Notes under the pieces: generated by a model | Database searches by the model: none | What the model saw: the letters and a program-made list of their open reading frames with translations, nothing else | Told to the model about the DNA's origin: nothing | Assembly: GCA_003971905.1 (NCBI GenBank) | Contig: RSEE01000106.1 | Span: 62,001-126,000 of the forward strand | Direction: 5' to 3' | DNA: 64,000 nucleotides | Origin: Moniliella sp. 'wahieum' | Lineage: Eukaryota | Program-made: the position numbers and the translations under genes | Shown: in pieces, positions 25,147 through 39,763 of the stretch | How positions within the stretch are numbered: the stretch's first letter is position 1 | Layout: the number at the start of each line of letters is the position of its first letter

Positions 25147-25989
25147 GTAAACTGATTCCACCCCCTCCGTCGGGCACACTTAGTTTTCTTTCTCCCCTCG
25201 GATCGGACCTCGCGCTCCGTCCGAGTCCTACTTCGCCCGCCAACCAACGTCCGGTTGGTTGTTCGCACTCTGTGTCAATAATTCTGTATGGTGTTACATG
25301 GTACATGGTTAGAACATGTTACGTGTGGCATGCACATCATGATGGTATGCATGCCGTTTCTATGTCCGTCTGTTTGCATGGGAAACCGGTCCGGTTAAAG
25401 TTAGGGATTCGGGCCAGTTGTACTATACAGAAGGCGCACGGGAACGAGATGGAGGGGAGGACCTGGACTAGGGGGTTAGCGGTGGATGGTGGGAGTGTTG
25501 GCACGGTCCTACTACGACTAGTAGGTAGTTAAGGTTTGGTCCAGACTCAGCGGATTGCGAGCATATACTACTTCGCCACACTACATTACGATACACGACA
25601 TGCACCCAGAGTAACGATACAGAGTACGTGGCAGCGACGAAAGGCAAGGAGCATGTTTCAACAGCCGTCGTCCAGGGAACGGTGGATCGTGGATACAATC
25701 CGATAGCACAATCCAGATAGCACACGTGCACAGAGCAAGGGCAAGAGCAGGGCAAGAAGACGGTTGGTAAGGGCAAGGGCAAGGGGCAAGGGCAAGATGC
25801 GAGCAGGGATAAGAGGACCGTAGTCGGTCCGACTCAGGGCGCCAAGTAAGGGCGCGCACCGGTGGGGTGGGAAGGGGGATAGGAGAGATAGGAGAAAAAG
25901 AAGAATAGAGGTGGGCTGTACCGTTGCTCGGTCGGGGTAGGTGCCTAGTGATCCATGTAGTGAGTCATGTAGTGATCCATGATGTATGG

Positions 25990-26020
25990 TTAAAGTGCAC
26001 TGCCCGATCCAGAGCCGGAG

Positions 26021-26058
<38 letters not shown>

Positions 26059-29000
26059 GCAAGTGGTACTGGACAGGTCGCGGGAGAGGGTGGAAGCGGA
26101 GGAAGGGTTGAGAGACGAAAGGTACCCCGTACTAAGAAGGGAAAAGATTTGTTCGACTCGGTCTGTCCTGATGTCATATCGTACGGACGAAACGTGTCGC
26201 CAAAGGAGAATGGTGTGTCGGACTTGACTTCCTTCCCGTTCTCTTCTGGCGCAAGAACGACGTGGCACTGGTAGACTCGGTACTTTCACACGCGGTCCGA
26301 GCATATCGGAAGATAGGGTGGATCGAGTTCCAGAGCGAGTGCCAGAGCCAGAACCAGGGTTGGACAGGGAAGCCGAGTCGGAAGAGCGACTGTCGGCACT
26401 ACCATCGCCTGAGGAGGAACGGGTACAAAGTGGGGCGCCTTGGAGCGGGGCGAACGGTCCGCGCTCGCCCGGTTGCGGCTGCAGAGCATGATACAGCATC
26501 TCCCGAATAAGCGTATCGCTCAACGGAGCGTTTTTGGGAGAGCGGCGTCCGCGTCTGCCGGGCAGAGAAGGGTCGAGCAACGAAGGATAATTCGGACGAG
26601 AAATAAGACGGTTCTTATGAGCTACGAAGATCTTCTTTCAGTCGACGGTTGATGTTCTTGAGCAGGTGCAGTTCGTAGTACCAGCACTCGATCCACGGAG
26701 GGGCGCCATCTCGGAGAACACGTTGGTCTGGCCCGCTTCTTCACTGGTGACGTCGGCTTTGTCGGGTGAGAGGAGCGTGTTGGGCGGAAGCTCGTCAATC
26801 TGTTGAGTTGTTGCACGGGCCATGTGCATCCAAACGCTCACGTGTGGCGAAGCATGGATCGTCTCGTGTTCCACCAGCGGCTGGGATACAGGCTGGACAC
26901 AATCCACATTTTCTGTCCTTCGCCCGCGCGCAAGGTATGCAAGACAGATGTGGGATGGGCAGTGCGGACAGCTTGCTGCAGCGCCAAAGCTGCATCGGCC
27001 TCGCACACCTCCTTAAACTTCTTGCCCATCAACGCGTGGGGTGGCACACGCAGCACATTGGCCACGGCGACAGGACATTGAGGAACAATCCATCTGTTGA
27101 CACACGAGCCCAAAAGCCAAGCTGGGTCGAAGCCATTCGGGTCATCACAGTCTCATTGAGATGGTAAACAGGGCGCGGGCGTCCGGTAGACACGACCACC
27201 TTTCGGCCCTTGCCTTGCTCGAGGTGCAGTTTGCCCAATGACTCGATCCAACGGTACGAGTTGTTTTTGCACCGCATACGGAACAGAAGGTTGACTGAAG
27301 GTGCTGCGTCGCGCTGGTTCCGCCCGCGACGGTGAGGAGCCGCACGGACCGACGCGGCAATAGACGCATTCGAAGTCGAGTCCTTCAGCTCACGGAACAC
27401 GGGCACCACATCGGACGGATGGGTAAAGTCGGCAATCGAGCAGCCAATCAGGTCGGAAGGTGTGAAGCCGAGAATGTGTTCGACGGAAGGAGACACATAA
27501 AACATCGTCCCTTTCAAGGATAAGACAAAGGTAAGGTCATGGGCATTCTCGAGAACCAAGCTGGCCCACGCGGGCTCCTCCAATTTACCCTTGACAGCCT
27601 TGGTCACCTTCTCGGCATTGTCAAGTTTGCGCTCAATCGCCAACTGTTCCGGAGTGAGGTTGACCATCGCAGTGCCCCACGATCCACGCGGGGAAAAGAG
27701 GTGCGAGGAATCAGTCGTGAGGGCCCCGACACCAGGTGCTGCAGGTGTGACGGCCGAGTAATTGACAAAGTACGATCCGTCAGGCATCTTCTCCACAATC
27801 GATCCGGGCTGCTCGACCAGGTCAATCTGGAAACCAACCATGTATTTGGTCCGCCCCGGATCGTCCCATGTGATGGGCACAATGGTGACAAGGTTGATAA
27901 ACGGTTGACCGTCCTTGCGGTAGTTGATCAAGCTGGCTTGGCACTCTTTGTTCTGAGCCAAAAACTTGGCCAGGTGTTCAACGGCTTGGTGATCCGTCGA
28001 AGACCGCGCAGAGCCTTTTTGCACAAGCCCACCAGGGGCTTGGAGGAAACGGCAATTGCGTCCAAGGACCTCGTGTTGCTGGTAGCCCGTAAGACGGAGG
28101 AACGTGTCCGAGCAATAAACAATCGGTTGGTCCGGTCTCTCTACATCCACAATGGTAAAGGAGCAGGACGGGTCAACCGGGCCAATGCTGACGATCGGGT
28201 TCGGCCGCGAGGCAACCTTGATAAGCGCTTTGAGAATGTCGAACCCAGACGCAGAGTAAGGATGCTGAGGCAACTGGGGCGACATGTCACTCGGCTGCTT
28301 GGCCTCCGTATCGGGACCGTCAGCAATGCCCTGCATGACGGAAGTGGCGGGGATGGGTGCCCAGCCCTCCTGCGGCGAGGGGTTAGTGGTGTCCATAGAT
28401 GAAGAGTAGGACGGCTGCAGTGGCAAGGTAGGCGTCACCTCCATCGTCCGCGCGGCTCTGGGGCGGGGGTTGGAAATCAGGAGTAAAGCCAGTGGAGGAC
28501 GCGGTGCGTTTCTGTTGAGAAGAGACGGGATGGGACATCTGTTGCTCCACCTCGGCTTGTTGCTCAAGCCGCTTCTGGCGGCGACGCTCTTGCAGCGATA
28601 GCGGCGGTTGCCCCTCGGTCATATTGGTAGGGGTACCTTTGCCAGGGATTGGCGCGCGGGGAAGCGATTGTAAGCCAAGACGGTTGTGGGCCAGGCTGCG
28701 ATGGTATTGGAGGATACGCTGATGGTAGCCCGAGTCGATTGACATGGGCATCGCGTGTTCCATCATCGCTTGGTGCAGTGGCGGGGCAGACGCAAATGTG
28801 TCGGACGAGATAGGCACTGTGCCTTGACCAGTGCGTGCGAGATCCAACGGCTGGCCCTGTTGAGAGCAGGTGCCGAGGGCGGTACACCATGGGAGCCGAA
28901 GGCCGAGGGTCATATGTCCCATACGGTCGGGCCGGGGCATGGAGCCAGCAAAGTCGGTGCCAGGGCCAACGACAAAGCCAAAGTCGGCCATGGAGGAAGG

Positions 29001-29223
29001 GGCAGGCCAAAGAGGGGCGTGGTGCCGTAGGAATGTGTTCGGGATCAAACTGAGTCATGTTGACATCAAACAGAGACGAAACATTGTCGGGGCCAAGATC
29101 TGAGCCACTGAGGGAGGGCATCATTGACGGGGTCAAGCCAGAGTGGGGGTGACCGAAAGTAGGAGCAGAGCTTTGATTCATGTTCAAAAAGGTGGACAGT
29201 TCGGTGTGCTGGTGATCGGTCAT
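25990..29223 (-). CDS. wc-1: White collar-1 blue-light photoreceptor (LOV + PAS + PAS)
   Basis: YSASGFDILKALIKVASRPNP...GPVD cap, LOV core VLGRNCRFLQAPGG with the photoactive Cys, INYRKDGQPFINLVTIVP, PAS-B (LSLKGTMFYVSPS...HPSDVVPVFRELKD...EQGKGRK), a PAS-C-like segment and YELHLLKNINRRLKEDL. No GATA finger seen. 3' end approximate. Confidence 0.93.
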
Positions 29224-31787
29224 GGTGAGGGAGGACAGAAAAGGGGGAGTGGGGGGAGCGGGGACGGTTGAGATGGTACAAACAATCGAGACGGAGCGGT
29301 ATCAGACGCCAATGAAAAACCAAGTCGCAAGATCAGTCGGGTAGCAAGCAGCGTAACAAGAGATGCTGGCTCTGAGCAAATATGAGCGAGCAGAATACAG
29401 ACGCTGAGGAGGAGGGACGGAGGGGCGAAACGCAGGTGGTCACCAGAAAGGAGAAAGACCTTGACGGTATCCTGTTGAGAGCGGCACGCAAGAGTAACGA
29501 CGGTCAGTCAAGCTGCTGGCAGGGGGAGGGCATGAAGTACGCACGGAAGGTCAACGAGAAAGGTGTAGGATGCGGACGATCAGAGACCCATGTACGAGTG
29601 ACACAAAGAGAGCCCTACGGGAGTATGGGCGGGGCGTTCGAGACGGCGGGTGGGGAAGAACGCGAATCGGACGGCGGGGGAGGTGGAGGGGGGTAGCGGA
29701 AGAGGCAGAGGCAGAGGCAGAGACGGAGGGAGAAGGGGGAGGGAAATGCGCCCTTAGATGTCAGGAAGAGCTGACGGACGCGGTGGCACAGCGGCGGCGG
29801 AAGGGCGGCGGCGGTGACGGGGGCGGAGGGGCGGGCGGTGTAGTGACTAGTCGCGAGGCACCAGTTCAACGTGCAGTACGTTTACTGGTCAAGCGGCGGG
29901 GGGCGGGGGGGTGGGTGCGCAGGGACGCAGCCAGGAGCCCAAGGAGGACGGGCGGGACAGGCGCGGCGGTGGCGGCGCGGCAGAGGAGGCGGCGCAGACA
30001 GCAATGACGGCACGGGTGGGGAGGAGAAGTGGTGGCGGCAGACCAAGGGCGGTGGCGTCAACGCAGGCAAGGCACAGTGGCGGCCGGCTGAAGCTTGAAG
30101 CCTCGCCGGTCACCGGTCGCTGCGCATTAGTCACTAGCCACTAGTCACTGGCGCCGTTCCCTGCTCGATCTCAGATCTCACGCGTCACGCCTGCCCCAAA
30201 GCTGAAACTTGAGCTGAGCACTGCGGCGCTGGCACTGCCCCCATGCGGCCATCGCAGCTGCTCGCCGCGTCGCGCAGCAGCAGTGTGCGGGGGGCACTTG
30301 CCGGGTGCGGCACCCAGCGCTCTGCGGGCATCTGCGCCATCACGCGTGCGATGTCACCCGTGTCACATGTGTCACCAGTGTCACCGCAGCGCGTCACATT
30401 TGGCAGACGGTGGCATGGCGCCAGCGCCGTGCACCCTTCCCCCCCCAGGGGAGGCACACTGGCCTGGTGCGCTCCAGGCAAGGGAAGGTGCGTGGGCAGT
30501 GTGGACGGGTGGCTGCGCTGGTGCGGGGACCGCCACCTGCGATCTGGCAGATCGGGCGTGTGTGATTGGGCCGCTGCCGGCGTCGTCGCGGGTGCCGTCT
30601 CGTGCGGGCTGCGGTGCCGGGGACGGGGCGACTGGGCCCGAGCAGGCGCTGGCGCACTGGGCCCCTGCGCCCGCGGGTTGAAGCGCGGTAGGCGGTATGT
30701 ACAAGTACGCGAGGACATGGTATAACCTATAACCCCCTGGCCACACTTGCCCCCTGCCGCACACATCGCCCATCGAAAAAAGAGCATCGGCCATCGGCCA
30801 TCGCCTGTCCCATGTCCCACCCATCCCCTCTTCCCTCGGCACTGGAAGCTTGACTAGACTCTTCACTCGACTCGCCCCATCTTGCGCTCCCCTCGCTCGC
30901 ATCTGGACCCACAACCACACTCCCAACCCACCTCCCGTGGCCAAATCCAAGCGCACGAGCCACCCGCCCTGCCGTCGCACACTCTCAGTACTTCGCTCAC
31001 TCGACTACACGAACTGGTTGCATATTTCCCTCCGCACCGGCGCTGGGCCGCCAGCGCCATCCCACCTCCCCCAAGCTGTAGAGTACAGAACGGTTGCAGG
31101 GTACATGTCAAGTTTCCACCTGTTGCCACTTCCACCTGGCTCTGTCCACCTGTACCGTAGACGCAGTCCTCACGGAGATTTAGCTGGGTATGCGGAGAGA
31201 CTTTTAGCACCAATGCACTTGCATTTATTAGGAAACCAATTCGTCCAAATACGTCGGGCTTGTGGACAGCCCCTCACCCGCATGGGCCGAGCTCAGCAGT
31301 TTCGCGGTGGGGGTCTGGCACAGGACGACAAGAAGCCACAAAGAGAGAGAGAAAGAGAGAAAGAAAGAGCCAACGAGACAAAGGGATAAAGGAACGGAGG
31401 GAGGCAGTGGGACAGAAGGAGCGAAGGATAGATGGAAAGAGCGTTGTGGGCAGGAAGGAAATGAGGCAATGGTAGGAACGTAGGCGAGGGGGAGGGAGGG
31501 GTATATCCCACAGAGCGCGGGAGGCGACCTTGTTGCTGACTGTATGGGGGCGGAGGGAGGGGGAAGAGGGGCCTCGGGTGTGACCAACGTGGCTTGACAA
31601 CACGCGGGCTCCAATGCGTCGGGGACTAAAGATAGCATGGCTTAGCACACGGCACGACCAGACACGACCAGACACGACAGGACACGACACGGCACGAGAT
31701 GACACCAGGTAGGAAGAACCAACGGAACGGAAGGAAGTAAGTCCATCGATGAAATCACCAATCATCAATCATCAATCGCATCTGAAA

Positions 31788-34700
31788 TCATGACTTGCGG
31801 CACGGCATGCGGATCAAGCGGGTGGACCAAAAGACGAAGAACCCACAGAACTTGAAAAAGGAAAGACCAAACGTCGTCCACAGCAGGGCCTGCAAAAAGG
31901 AGCAAGGAGGGTAGGGGTTGGGTTAGTAACGTGGATCATAAGAGGCGGAGAGGGGAGACAAGAGAAGAGGAGAGAAGAGGAGAAGAGGAGACGTACCTTA
32001 AAGTAGTATCCTTGTGTTCTTTGTTCTTCAGCCTTGATCTGCTTGTTCGTCTCGTTGTAGTGCAGGCCAGCCAAGTTCTGAATGGTCACCGTCAAAGCGC
32101 CATTGCACAAGATCCAAAAGATAACGAGGCGCGTGCGGAACGTCTTATTGCTATCGTCCATCGTTGGTTTTTCCTTATGCTGCACCACGACCACGGGCGC
32201 GACGGCACGTTGAACCACCTCACGGAAATGGGCATCAATGTCCTCTTGTTCTTGTTCCACCTCCTCCACCGTCCCATCGGGCGCAGTGGCCTTCTTGGTA
32301 TCCACTGACGGCAGTACATCCGCCTTGTCCGACCCTTTTGTGCCCCAACTCACATCGTGCAAGTTGCAAAAGGCGTAGACGTTGAGAATGTTGATCAAGC
32401 TCGGTGCGATGGCCATGTACTGGGGGAAAGAGGTGATCATGTGCCATGGGTCAAGGTACATGATCGAAGCAAGCAGGTACACCCCGAACGTAGCGATCAA
32501 ACTGGCAATCAACACTGTGGTCGATTGTGCATTCGTCATGATTACTGACCAAAACGATTGCGCACCATCGATTTGATTGGCTAGGTTGCGCAGCATGTCC
32601 ACCGTCAGCCAAAGCGATACGACAATCAGGTACATGCCCATCACGGCAAAGACGAAAAAGGAAAGAATGTAGAGCCGCGTCTCGGCCTTGGGACGATTAC
32701 CGAGCGCAAGCACGAACTGAAGGATTAGGAAAACATAGACCCATTCACACCCTAGGTTGACCCAGTGTAGCACCGTCAGCAGCGTCTCGCTCGCCGAGTG
32801 CAGAATGTTGTCGGGAAGAAACTGAATGATGATGGAAAACGTCAACCAGTAGTTGGCCAGCGAAAACCACGTAACGACCAGGACGACCAAGTTGTACAGC
32901 GCTTGAATGTGAAGGAAGAAAATTCGAATGATGTTGTGGCCCGATTGGTACACCTTCCAGAAATGGATCAAGGAGTAAATCGACGCTGCAAACGAACCGT
33001 TGAGCCAGCGCCGCCGCTGACTGATCAGCTCGGCAGCCCCCTCAGGTACATCCGTTTCGCCCTTGGCGTTCTTTACGTACCCGAGCGTCCAACGGTCTCC
33101 GCGCTTAAACACCAATTCAAAGCACAAGATCCGGTCTTCAGCTAGGAACATGTTCTTGGTGAAAATGCCCATCCCGTGCAACCCCTTTTTGCCCAACCGG
33201 TCGGCCAACGTATGGTCGCCATGAAAGTACTGCTGCAACGGACGACCCTGAATGGCGCGGTACCGATACGCACTAAACGCACCGGGCAAGACGGAGACGT
33301 AACCAAATGCACTTTCCAACGGCTTGTCGAGAATGTTGCTCATCTTGTACTCAAAGTTTTGCGCCGCCACGAGCGGGTTGAGCAACTTGCGTCCACCCTT
33401 GATCATGGCGTGAATCTCACCACAGCATCCACCCAGGTGGCGGTTGTTGTACATTGCTTCCCATAGGTAATACAAACTTTTGGGACTGGGCTTGGTGCCC
33501 GCATCGAGCAAGATGCATGTCTCGGGTTCGAGATGGCGCCCGAGCGCATTAAACAGCCATCGATGCGAGTTGATTTTCTTCGAGTTTTTTTGCTTGAGGC
33601 AAAAGATCATCTGGACAGGCACCAAGTTGGACTCGTCCGAGCCATGCGGTTGGACCAACGAAGGTTTGGGATCCACAGAGAGTTGGGTCGTGTACTCGAA
33701 TATATGAGCGACCGTTTCTTTCCCATCGACTTGGCGTTTCATCACTCCGTCCTGGTACACCCCGACTGTCGCCAGCAGGTCCAGCACTTCCTTGTCGCAC
33801 GGATCAATACCATCAAAGATGAGCGAAACAACGATCCGTTGCCAGCCCGGACGACCTTCCTCAGCGGACCGCCGCCAAAACTTGGACGATTTCGACTTGC
33901 AAATGTCCCGAATGTTCAGCATGACTCCATGCAACGTACGCGCCACCAACACCCGGTCCTCATTGTAGTACGTGATGGCAATTAGGATCTCTGTGTCGCG
34001 GCCATACAGATCCGACGCACGTAACGTCCATCCGTTCTCCTTTGTAAAATCATCCGGATCACACGTCGCGGCAGTATAGCGCATATGGGTATACTCGGTC
34101 GTCTTGTTTCCCTGTGTCCACTTGGGCTCAAACGAGTTACGAATCGCCGTTGGTACACGGTGCTCCACAATCCAATGCCCCTTGGTAAGTTTGACCCGAC
34201 GTGTCATGCCGCGCTTGGGCAGGTTTTGCCGTTGCGCCCAGGCAACTTGCGACTCGACCTGCGACGCACTGTCTCCAGGACCGACGACCGACGAGCCAGG
34301 ACCAGCGGGGTAGCCGTACGGGCTCATAGGGCCTGCCGGGGGCAACGTCGACCCTCCGTCGTGCAGACTAATCCGGGCAAGGAGAAGGAGAAGGAGAAGG
34401 ACAAGGGCAAAAAGAGTGTGTGTCAGTTAGCACGCAGCAAACGGGGAGGGAGGGAGGGGGGTTGCAGCAAGGACAATCCACGTACCCATAGTAAACCTGG
34501 CGGGGAGCCTGGGGCGGGTAATTGATTTCCATCGATGTCATCTTTTCCAGTGGCGGGCCCTTTTCCGAGAGGGGGATATGAGTCTCATCGTCGTACCCTT
34601 CGCCATAGCCAGCGAAGGAGGCATCCTGGTACCCGTACCCACCAGCTAGGGCGTGGGCCGGCTGACCGTACACGGGCGACGGCGATGGCGACACAGCGCG

Positions 34701-34878
34701 ACGACCAGGACTGCGGATAGGACTGCGGATGGGGCTGCGGCCAGGACTGCTGTGCGGCGAGTAGGTCTGCGACGGCGCGGCGTACGGCGCAGCGGGCGGA
34801 GGGAGCGGCGCCCCCCCACATGGGCAGCTCCGTGTTGTACTGGTCGTCGACGGGCGCGTAGCGCTGTTGGCGACTCAT
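31788..34878 (-). CDS. Chitin synthase, division 1 (class III-like)
   Basis: Motifs [59 protein letters not shown] and DVSWGTKG. Introns 34485-34368 and 31996-31890. Last exon [14 protein letters not shown]...RKS*. Confidence 0.95.
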
Positions 34879-35660
34879 GAGCAGGGGAGGAGGGGGGTGG
34901 TGGTGGTGGTGGTGGTAGTGGTGGTGGAGCAGACGGGTTGAGCGTGCCTAGGCTTGCGCCGTGCGGATGCGCTGATGTTGGGGCCCAGGCTGGGCTTTCT
35001 GCGTGTGGGTTTGGGTTCGGGCTTGGGCCGCAGAAGAGCCGCCGAGTCGGACCAGGGTTCCTGGCACGTGGAGCAGTGCGCGCGCAGCCACAGCGCCAGT
35101 GTGCTGTACGCCATGCCACGGCCGCTGGGCCAGTGCTTGCCCGCGCCGCGGCGCCTCGGCTGCCCGGGCGCCACTGGCAGGCAGAGCCCCCCTGCAGCAT
35201 GCCACCCCTTGTCGCCTCTACACTTCCCTACTGCCTGGACGCGGATAGGTCGCAGTAGACTGCACGCCCACGATCCACCCACCCTGCGCCCCCCTGCGGA
35301 GCCCTGCGCCCCCCTGCGCTGCGCTGCTGCGCTTCCAGACCAACACCGGCCGATCGCCACGGCACGCCCCTTGGCTGCCCCCTGCCTCGAGCCCGAACCC
35401 CCACTGGGCGCTACGCTTTGAAATTTACGCTCAACGGTAAGCTTCTGCGGTATGTATTTGATCGGAGGTCTATGATGGATGATACACGATGATCGATGAT
35501 CAATGGTCCTGCCTCCCCATGTCCCTCCGTCGGTCTCTGGCGCGGACGATGTGTATGGATGTGGATCTGGATGTGGATCTGGATTTGGATCTGCAACGAA
35601 GCTAGCTCGACGTGCCGTCCGCTTGCCTACGCCTGGGCTTGTCCCATATCACCGCGCAGG

Positions 35661-37341
35661 CTAGTACGCCATGGAGCGCTCCAGGATGCCCGACAGCGCC
35701 TCGGTACTCTGCTCCACCGCCATCTCCGCCACGCCCGGCGCGAGGTCCAGCACGCGCCGCTGCGGCAACGTGCCCTTGACAATATCGGGAATGTCCGAGG
35801 AGGTGTAACCAATCTGGCTCAGTCCACGCGGCACGTCCAGCGAGGCCAAGAACGCCGCGATGCGGTCGTACACGATTTGACCCAGCACAGCCGGGTCCGA
35901 AACGCGGTTCAGGTCCGGATCGTGCGCACTGCCATACTCGGCGAACACCTCGGCGATCTGTCTGTGCCGGTCGGGCGAGCTAGGTGCCAAAAATTCAAAT
36001 ACCGCCGGGCCCGTGAGAGCGACCGAAATGCCGTGCGGCACGATCGGGTGGTCCACCATGTACCCCGGATGCTTGTACTGCCCATGCGACTTGTTCAGCC
36101 CCGAAATGGATACGACGCCGCATGGCACAGAGTTACCCCTGCATTCCCGAACCCGATCCCGGCCAGCCCTGCCGCAAGACACATCTGCATCCGAGCCTCC
36201 TCGTCGAACCGGTTCGCCTTGACCCGAGGCAGGTACTTGACCGTCTGCTGCAGCGCCCAAAAGGAGAAGAGGTCCGAGACTGGATTGCGGCCTTGGTACG
36301 CAGGACGTAAAAGAGGGTGCGAAGGGCGTGGGATCCGCTCGTTAAAAGGCAAGGCAGTGTACGATTCCAGCGAGTGGAAGAGTACATCCAGCCCAGAGCT
36401 CACGTGCACCTCAGTAGGACAATCAGCCGTGTTGAGAGGATCAATAATACCAAGTAGGGGGCGCAGCGCACGGTTCGCAATTCCCGTCTTGGCCCCTGTC
36501 GCAGCATGGTCAAAGATCGCCGTACCCGTCGTCTCGGAACCCGTACCGGCCGTGGTGGGAATGGCAATCAGAGGACGGAGTTGCTGGGAAATGGGCAGGC
36601 CTTTACCAATGGGTGCGTTGACAAAGTCCAGCAGATCTGCCTCTGGGTAGCAGGTAAACAAATTGGCCCCTTGCACGTGTCCATCGTCGAGCCACCACCG
36701 ACAGCCAAGACTGGGAAGGCAATCGCATCGTGGCAAACAGTCAGAATGGGCGAGGGCGAGAGCGAGAGCGAGAGCAGGAAGAACGGTATGGCACGGAGAG
36801 GGGGGGGACGTACAATGAGAAAAATCGTTTTTACGAGCATACTCAATCGTGTCGGCCCAGCTAGCGTCATTGGGCTCGACGCGAACCCGGTCGTACACTT
36901 CGTACGGCACGTTGGCCGCCTCGAGCGACTCGATGGTTTGCTTCATCGCGGTCAAATTGAGTAGGTTCTTGTCGGTCCAGACGCCGACCTTGCGGGGTTT
37001 CATTGCCTGCAGGTCAAGTCCCACCTCGCGCGTGACGCCAGGTCCAAAGCGGCAGTTGGACGCAGCCATCTCAAATGCATACTCGCGCTGCACAGCTTGG
37101 TCCACAGGCGCAGCAAACGTCCGCGCTGTCTGGCCATGGGACGTGACCATCTTCAGTCCGGCACGCACCATGCTGGCGGTGGACTGGGGATTGCGCATGG
37201 TGGCACACCCGTGGCAGGGGCAGTTGACGCTGTGCGTGAGCTGCAGCAAGTTCTCTGGTGCCAGCCGGCGTTAGACGCACAGTGGAGCAAGGGCGGGAGG
37301 AAGAACGTACTGATTGTCGAGCGGGAAGCGAGGCGGGACAT
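35661..37341 (-). CDS. ADHFE1: Hydroxyacid-oxoacid transhydrogenase (Fe-containing ADH family), mitochondrial
   Basis: N-terminal CPCHGC, EYAFEMAASNCRFGPGVTREVG, AVGGGSTMDTCK, IPTTAGTGSETTG, SGLDVLFHSLESYTA, AGIGFGNAGV and VPHGISVALTGPAVF. Two introns, frameshifts. Confidence 0.92.
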
Positions 37342-37639
37342 GGTGGTGGGGGCAGCGCAGGAGAGGAAGGATGCGGGATGGGGGTTAAAGAGCTAAGAAG
37401 GGCATGCCAGCTGGCGCCGTGTCGAGTGTGGACATGTGCTTCTGCTTCTGCCAGCGGGCCTTGTCGCGGCCCCAGCGACCATCGCCAGTCGCCCGACACC
37501 GGGCCAAGGCTTCAGCCGGAGAGCCGAAGCGTGGGGCACCGCACTTTGCGCCAGGCCACACTCGCCTCGCGCCGCCCACACGCCCCGCTGGGGTGCGCTG
37601 GGGCACACTGGGGTCCCCACCCACACCCTGCACCCGCTA

Positions 37640-39485
37640 GGGTTGTCTCCCTTGCGCTGGCGCAGACGGCTAAACCTGTTTTGCCGCTTGCCCATCCCAG
37701 CTGGGGTTGCTCCGCCCATCGCCACGCCCACCTGCGCCCTGGCCTTAGAGCCGGCGCGACGAAACAGCAGCCCCATCGGCCCCAGCGCAAAATGCGAACA
37801 GGCACAGCGATGGTCTCTGCGATCTGTGTATCCGACACCACGCGGACGGACCGCATCCCCATCCCCCCCCCCCATCCCCATCCCCATCCCCATCCCCACA
37901 ACTGTGCACGCAACTGATGTCTTCCATGACCATTGCTTTTTCTCACGCTGCAACGCGCACCTGCACACGCGCCGTTGACGCGCCGCCCTTTCCGACCGGC
38001 ACGCGGAGGATATCCTGATCCTGCGTCCCAGCCGGCACGCGCACCCGGATCGTAATCCATCCTGCCCACGGGCTTTGCCCTGCGCCACGCCCGTGCCATC
38101 GCACGCCGCACACGCACTGGGACGGGGCAAGCTGGCATGGAACCCGGTCGCCTGGCACACCTGGCAATCGATCTGATGCTTCTGCCCGCGCAAACTGCGC
38201 ACGGTGACAAACCCTTTCCCACGACACCGACCACACTTGTGCGTCTTGGCTGGACCATGGTGCGCGCCTGAACCGTGGCACAAGGCACATTCCATCCCTT
38301 TTCCCCCGACCCACTTGATAGGCACACGTGCAACACCGTCCCCTTCCGACTCGCCTGCTTGCTCACCGTCACACTCGCATCGTACCCGCCCTCGGTGCGC
38401 TGACCCCCCCCGCAGCCTCGCGCCGCGCACGATTGGTATCGGCCATCCGGGTGCGCGCGTCCCGCAGCGCACGGTCGATGGCAGCTTGTGGTCCTCGGTG
38501 CATATGCGACCGCGACGAGGAGGTAGAAGAGGGAAGAGGAAGAGGAAGATGAAGAGGAAGAGGAAGAAGAGGAACGCTTATTAGGAGGAGGACGAGGAGG
38601 GGGAGGAGGGTCGGGTACCCGGTTGGCCATAGCCGAACCCGCCATACCGGTCTTGGTACTTGCGCAACCTACGTGCCTCGGCCCTGCGCTGGCTGCGGCG
38701 CGAGTCGGGGTTAGGAGCATAGGTCCAAGGTTTTTCCGGTTCCGGCGAGACCGGGCGCGCGAAGCATCCATTGCCCCTGCGCTAAAAACTCATCAAACTC
38801 CGCTTCGGCCTCGGAACGCTTCCCGCCCGGAAACCCATCCGCCATAAACTCTGCGTACCCGGAGGCAAAGCCAGTTTCCTCCCACGGACCGTACCCCGAG
38901 GAAGAGCGTCGTCGTCCTCGCTTCCCATCGCCTCTTCCCACGCTGCCTGGTCGCTCGAGGTAAAGGGAGCCTTGCCCTGCGCCGCGCGTTTCAGATCGTC
39001 GTACGTGTACGTCGCGCGCCGGTCGACAAACGAAAATGGATCGTAGTACTTGGGTCGAGAAGAGAAGGAAGAAGAAGAGGTAGAGGTAGAGGTACGACGA
39101 GCGGAGGCAAAAGGAGAGGAAGAGGACAGGTGGTCTCGATCGTATGCCCTCCGCTTCGAAGCATCTGACAAAGTCGCATAGGCCGTTTGGATCGCCAGGA
39201 ACTTATCTGATGCACCACTTGTCTTGTTCAGATCGGGATGGTAGGTTTTGGCCAGCTTGTAGTACGCGCCCTTGATTGCGCTGGAATCAGCAGAAGGCAT
39301 GAGACCTAACGTCGCATAGTGGTTCCGCCCCACCTCCTGCGGCCGAGGGACAGAGGTAGAAAACGAGCGGGACGAAGGCAGTGTGCCCCCAGGCCAGTGC
39401 CCGGGTGGACGTGGGAGTAATGAGGGTGCCACTAGGGCTGGCCTCGCTATCCTAAACGCCGCGCGGAAGCAGCGAGCGGGGGCAT
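37640..39485 (-). CDS. Type I DnaJ/Hsp40 co-chaperone (Mdj1-like, probably mitochondrial)
   Basis: Arg-rich presequence-like N-terminus, J domain NHYATLG...AYYKLAKTYHPD...AYATLSD..KRRAYD, and four Zn-finger repeats CALCHGSG, CGRCRGKG, CQVCQATG, CAACDGTG. 3' end uncertain. Confidence 0.8.
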
Positions 39486-39763
39486 GGCGATGGTGATGGC
39501 GATGGTGATGGCTCGAGGGACCGATGGCGGACGGTCGGCCGGCAGCAGCGGCCAAAGAGAAGGCCGGGACTCAAATTCAAATTGATGATTAGAGTAAAAA
39601 AGAAGCATGGCGGAACAGCCACCTCATTAAACCGCGCTGGTTCCGCCGCTCCTCGTCTCATCTAACTAGTAAGTAGCAACTAGTGCTGCTCGCAAAAAAA
39701 GAACAACACCACCCCCCGCGTGCGTCTGGCCAGCGATTGGATATCTCCTGCCTGGTCCCCGCG

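Noticed and set aside
25990..26600. WC-1 lacking a GATA zinc finger
   Set aside because: This is the known state of basidiomycete WC-1 orthologues, so it is not novel.
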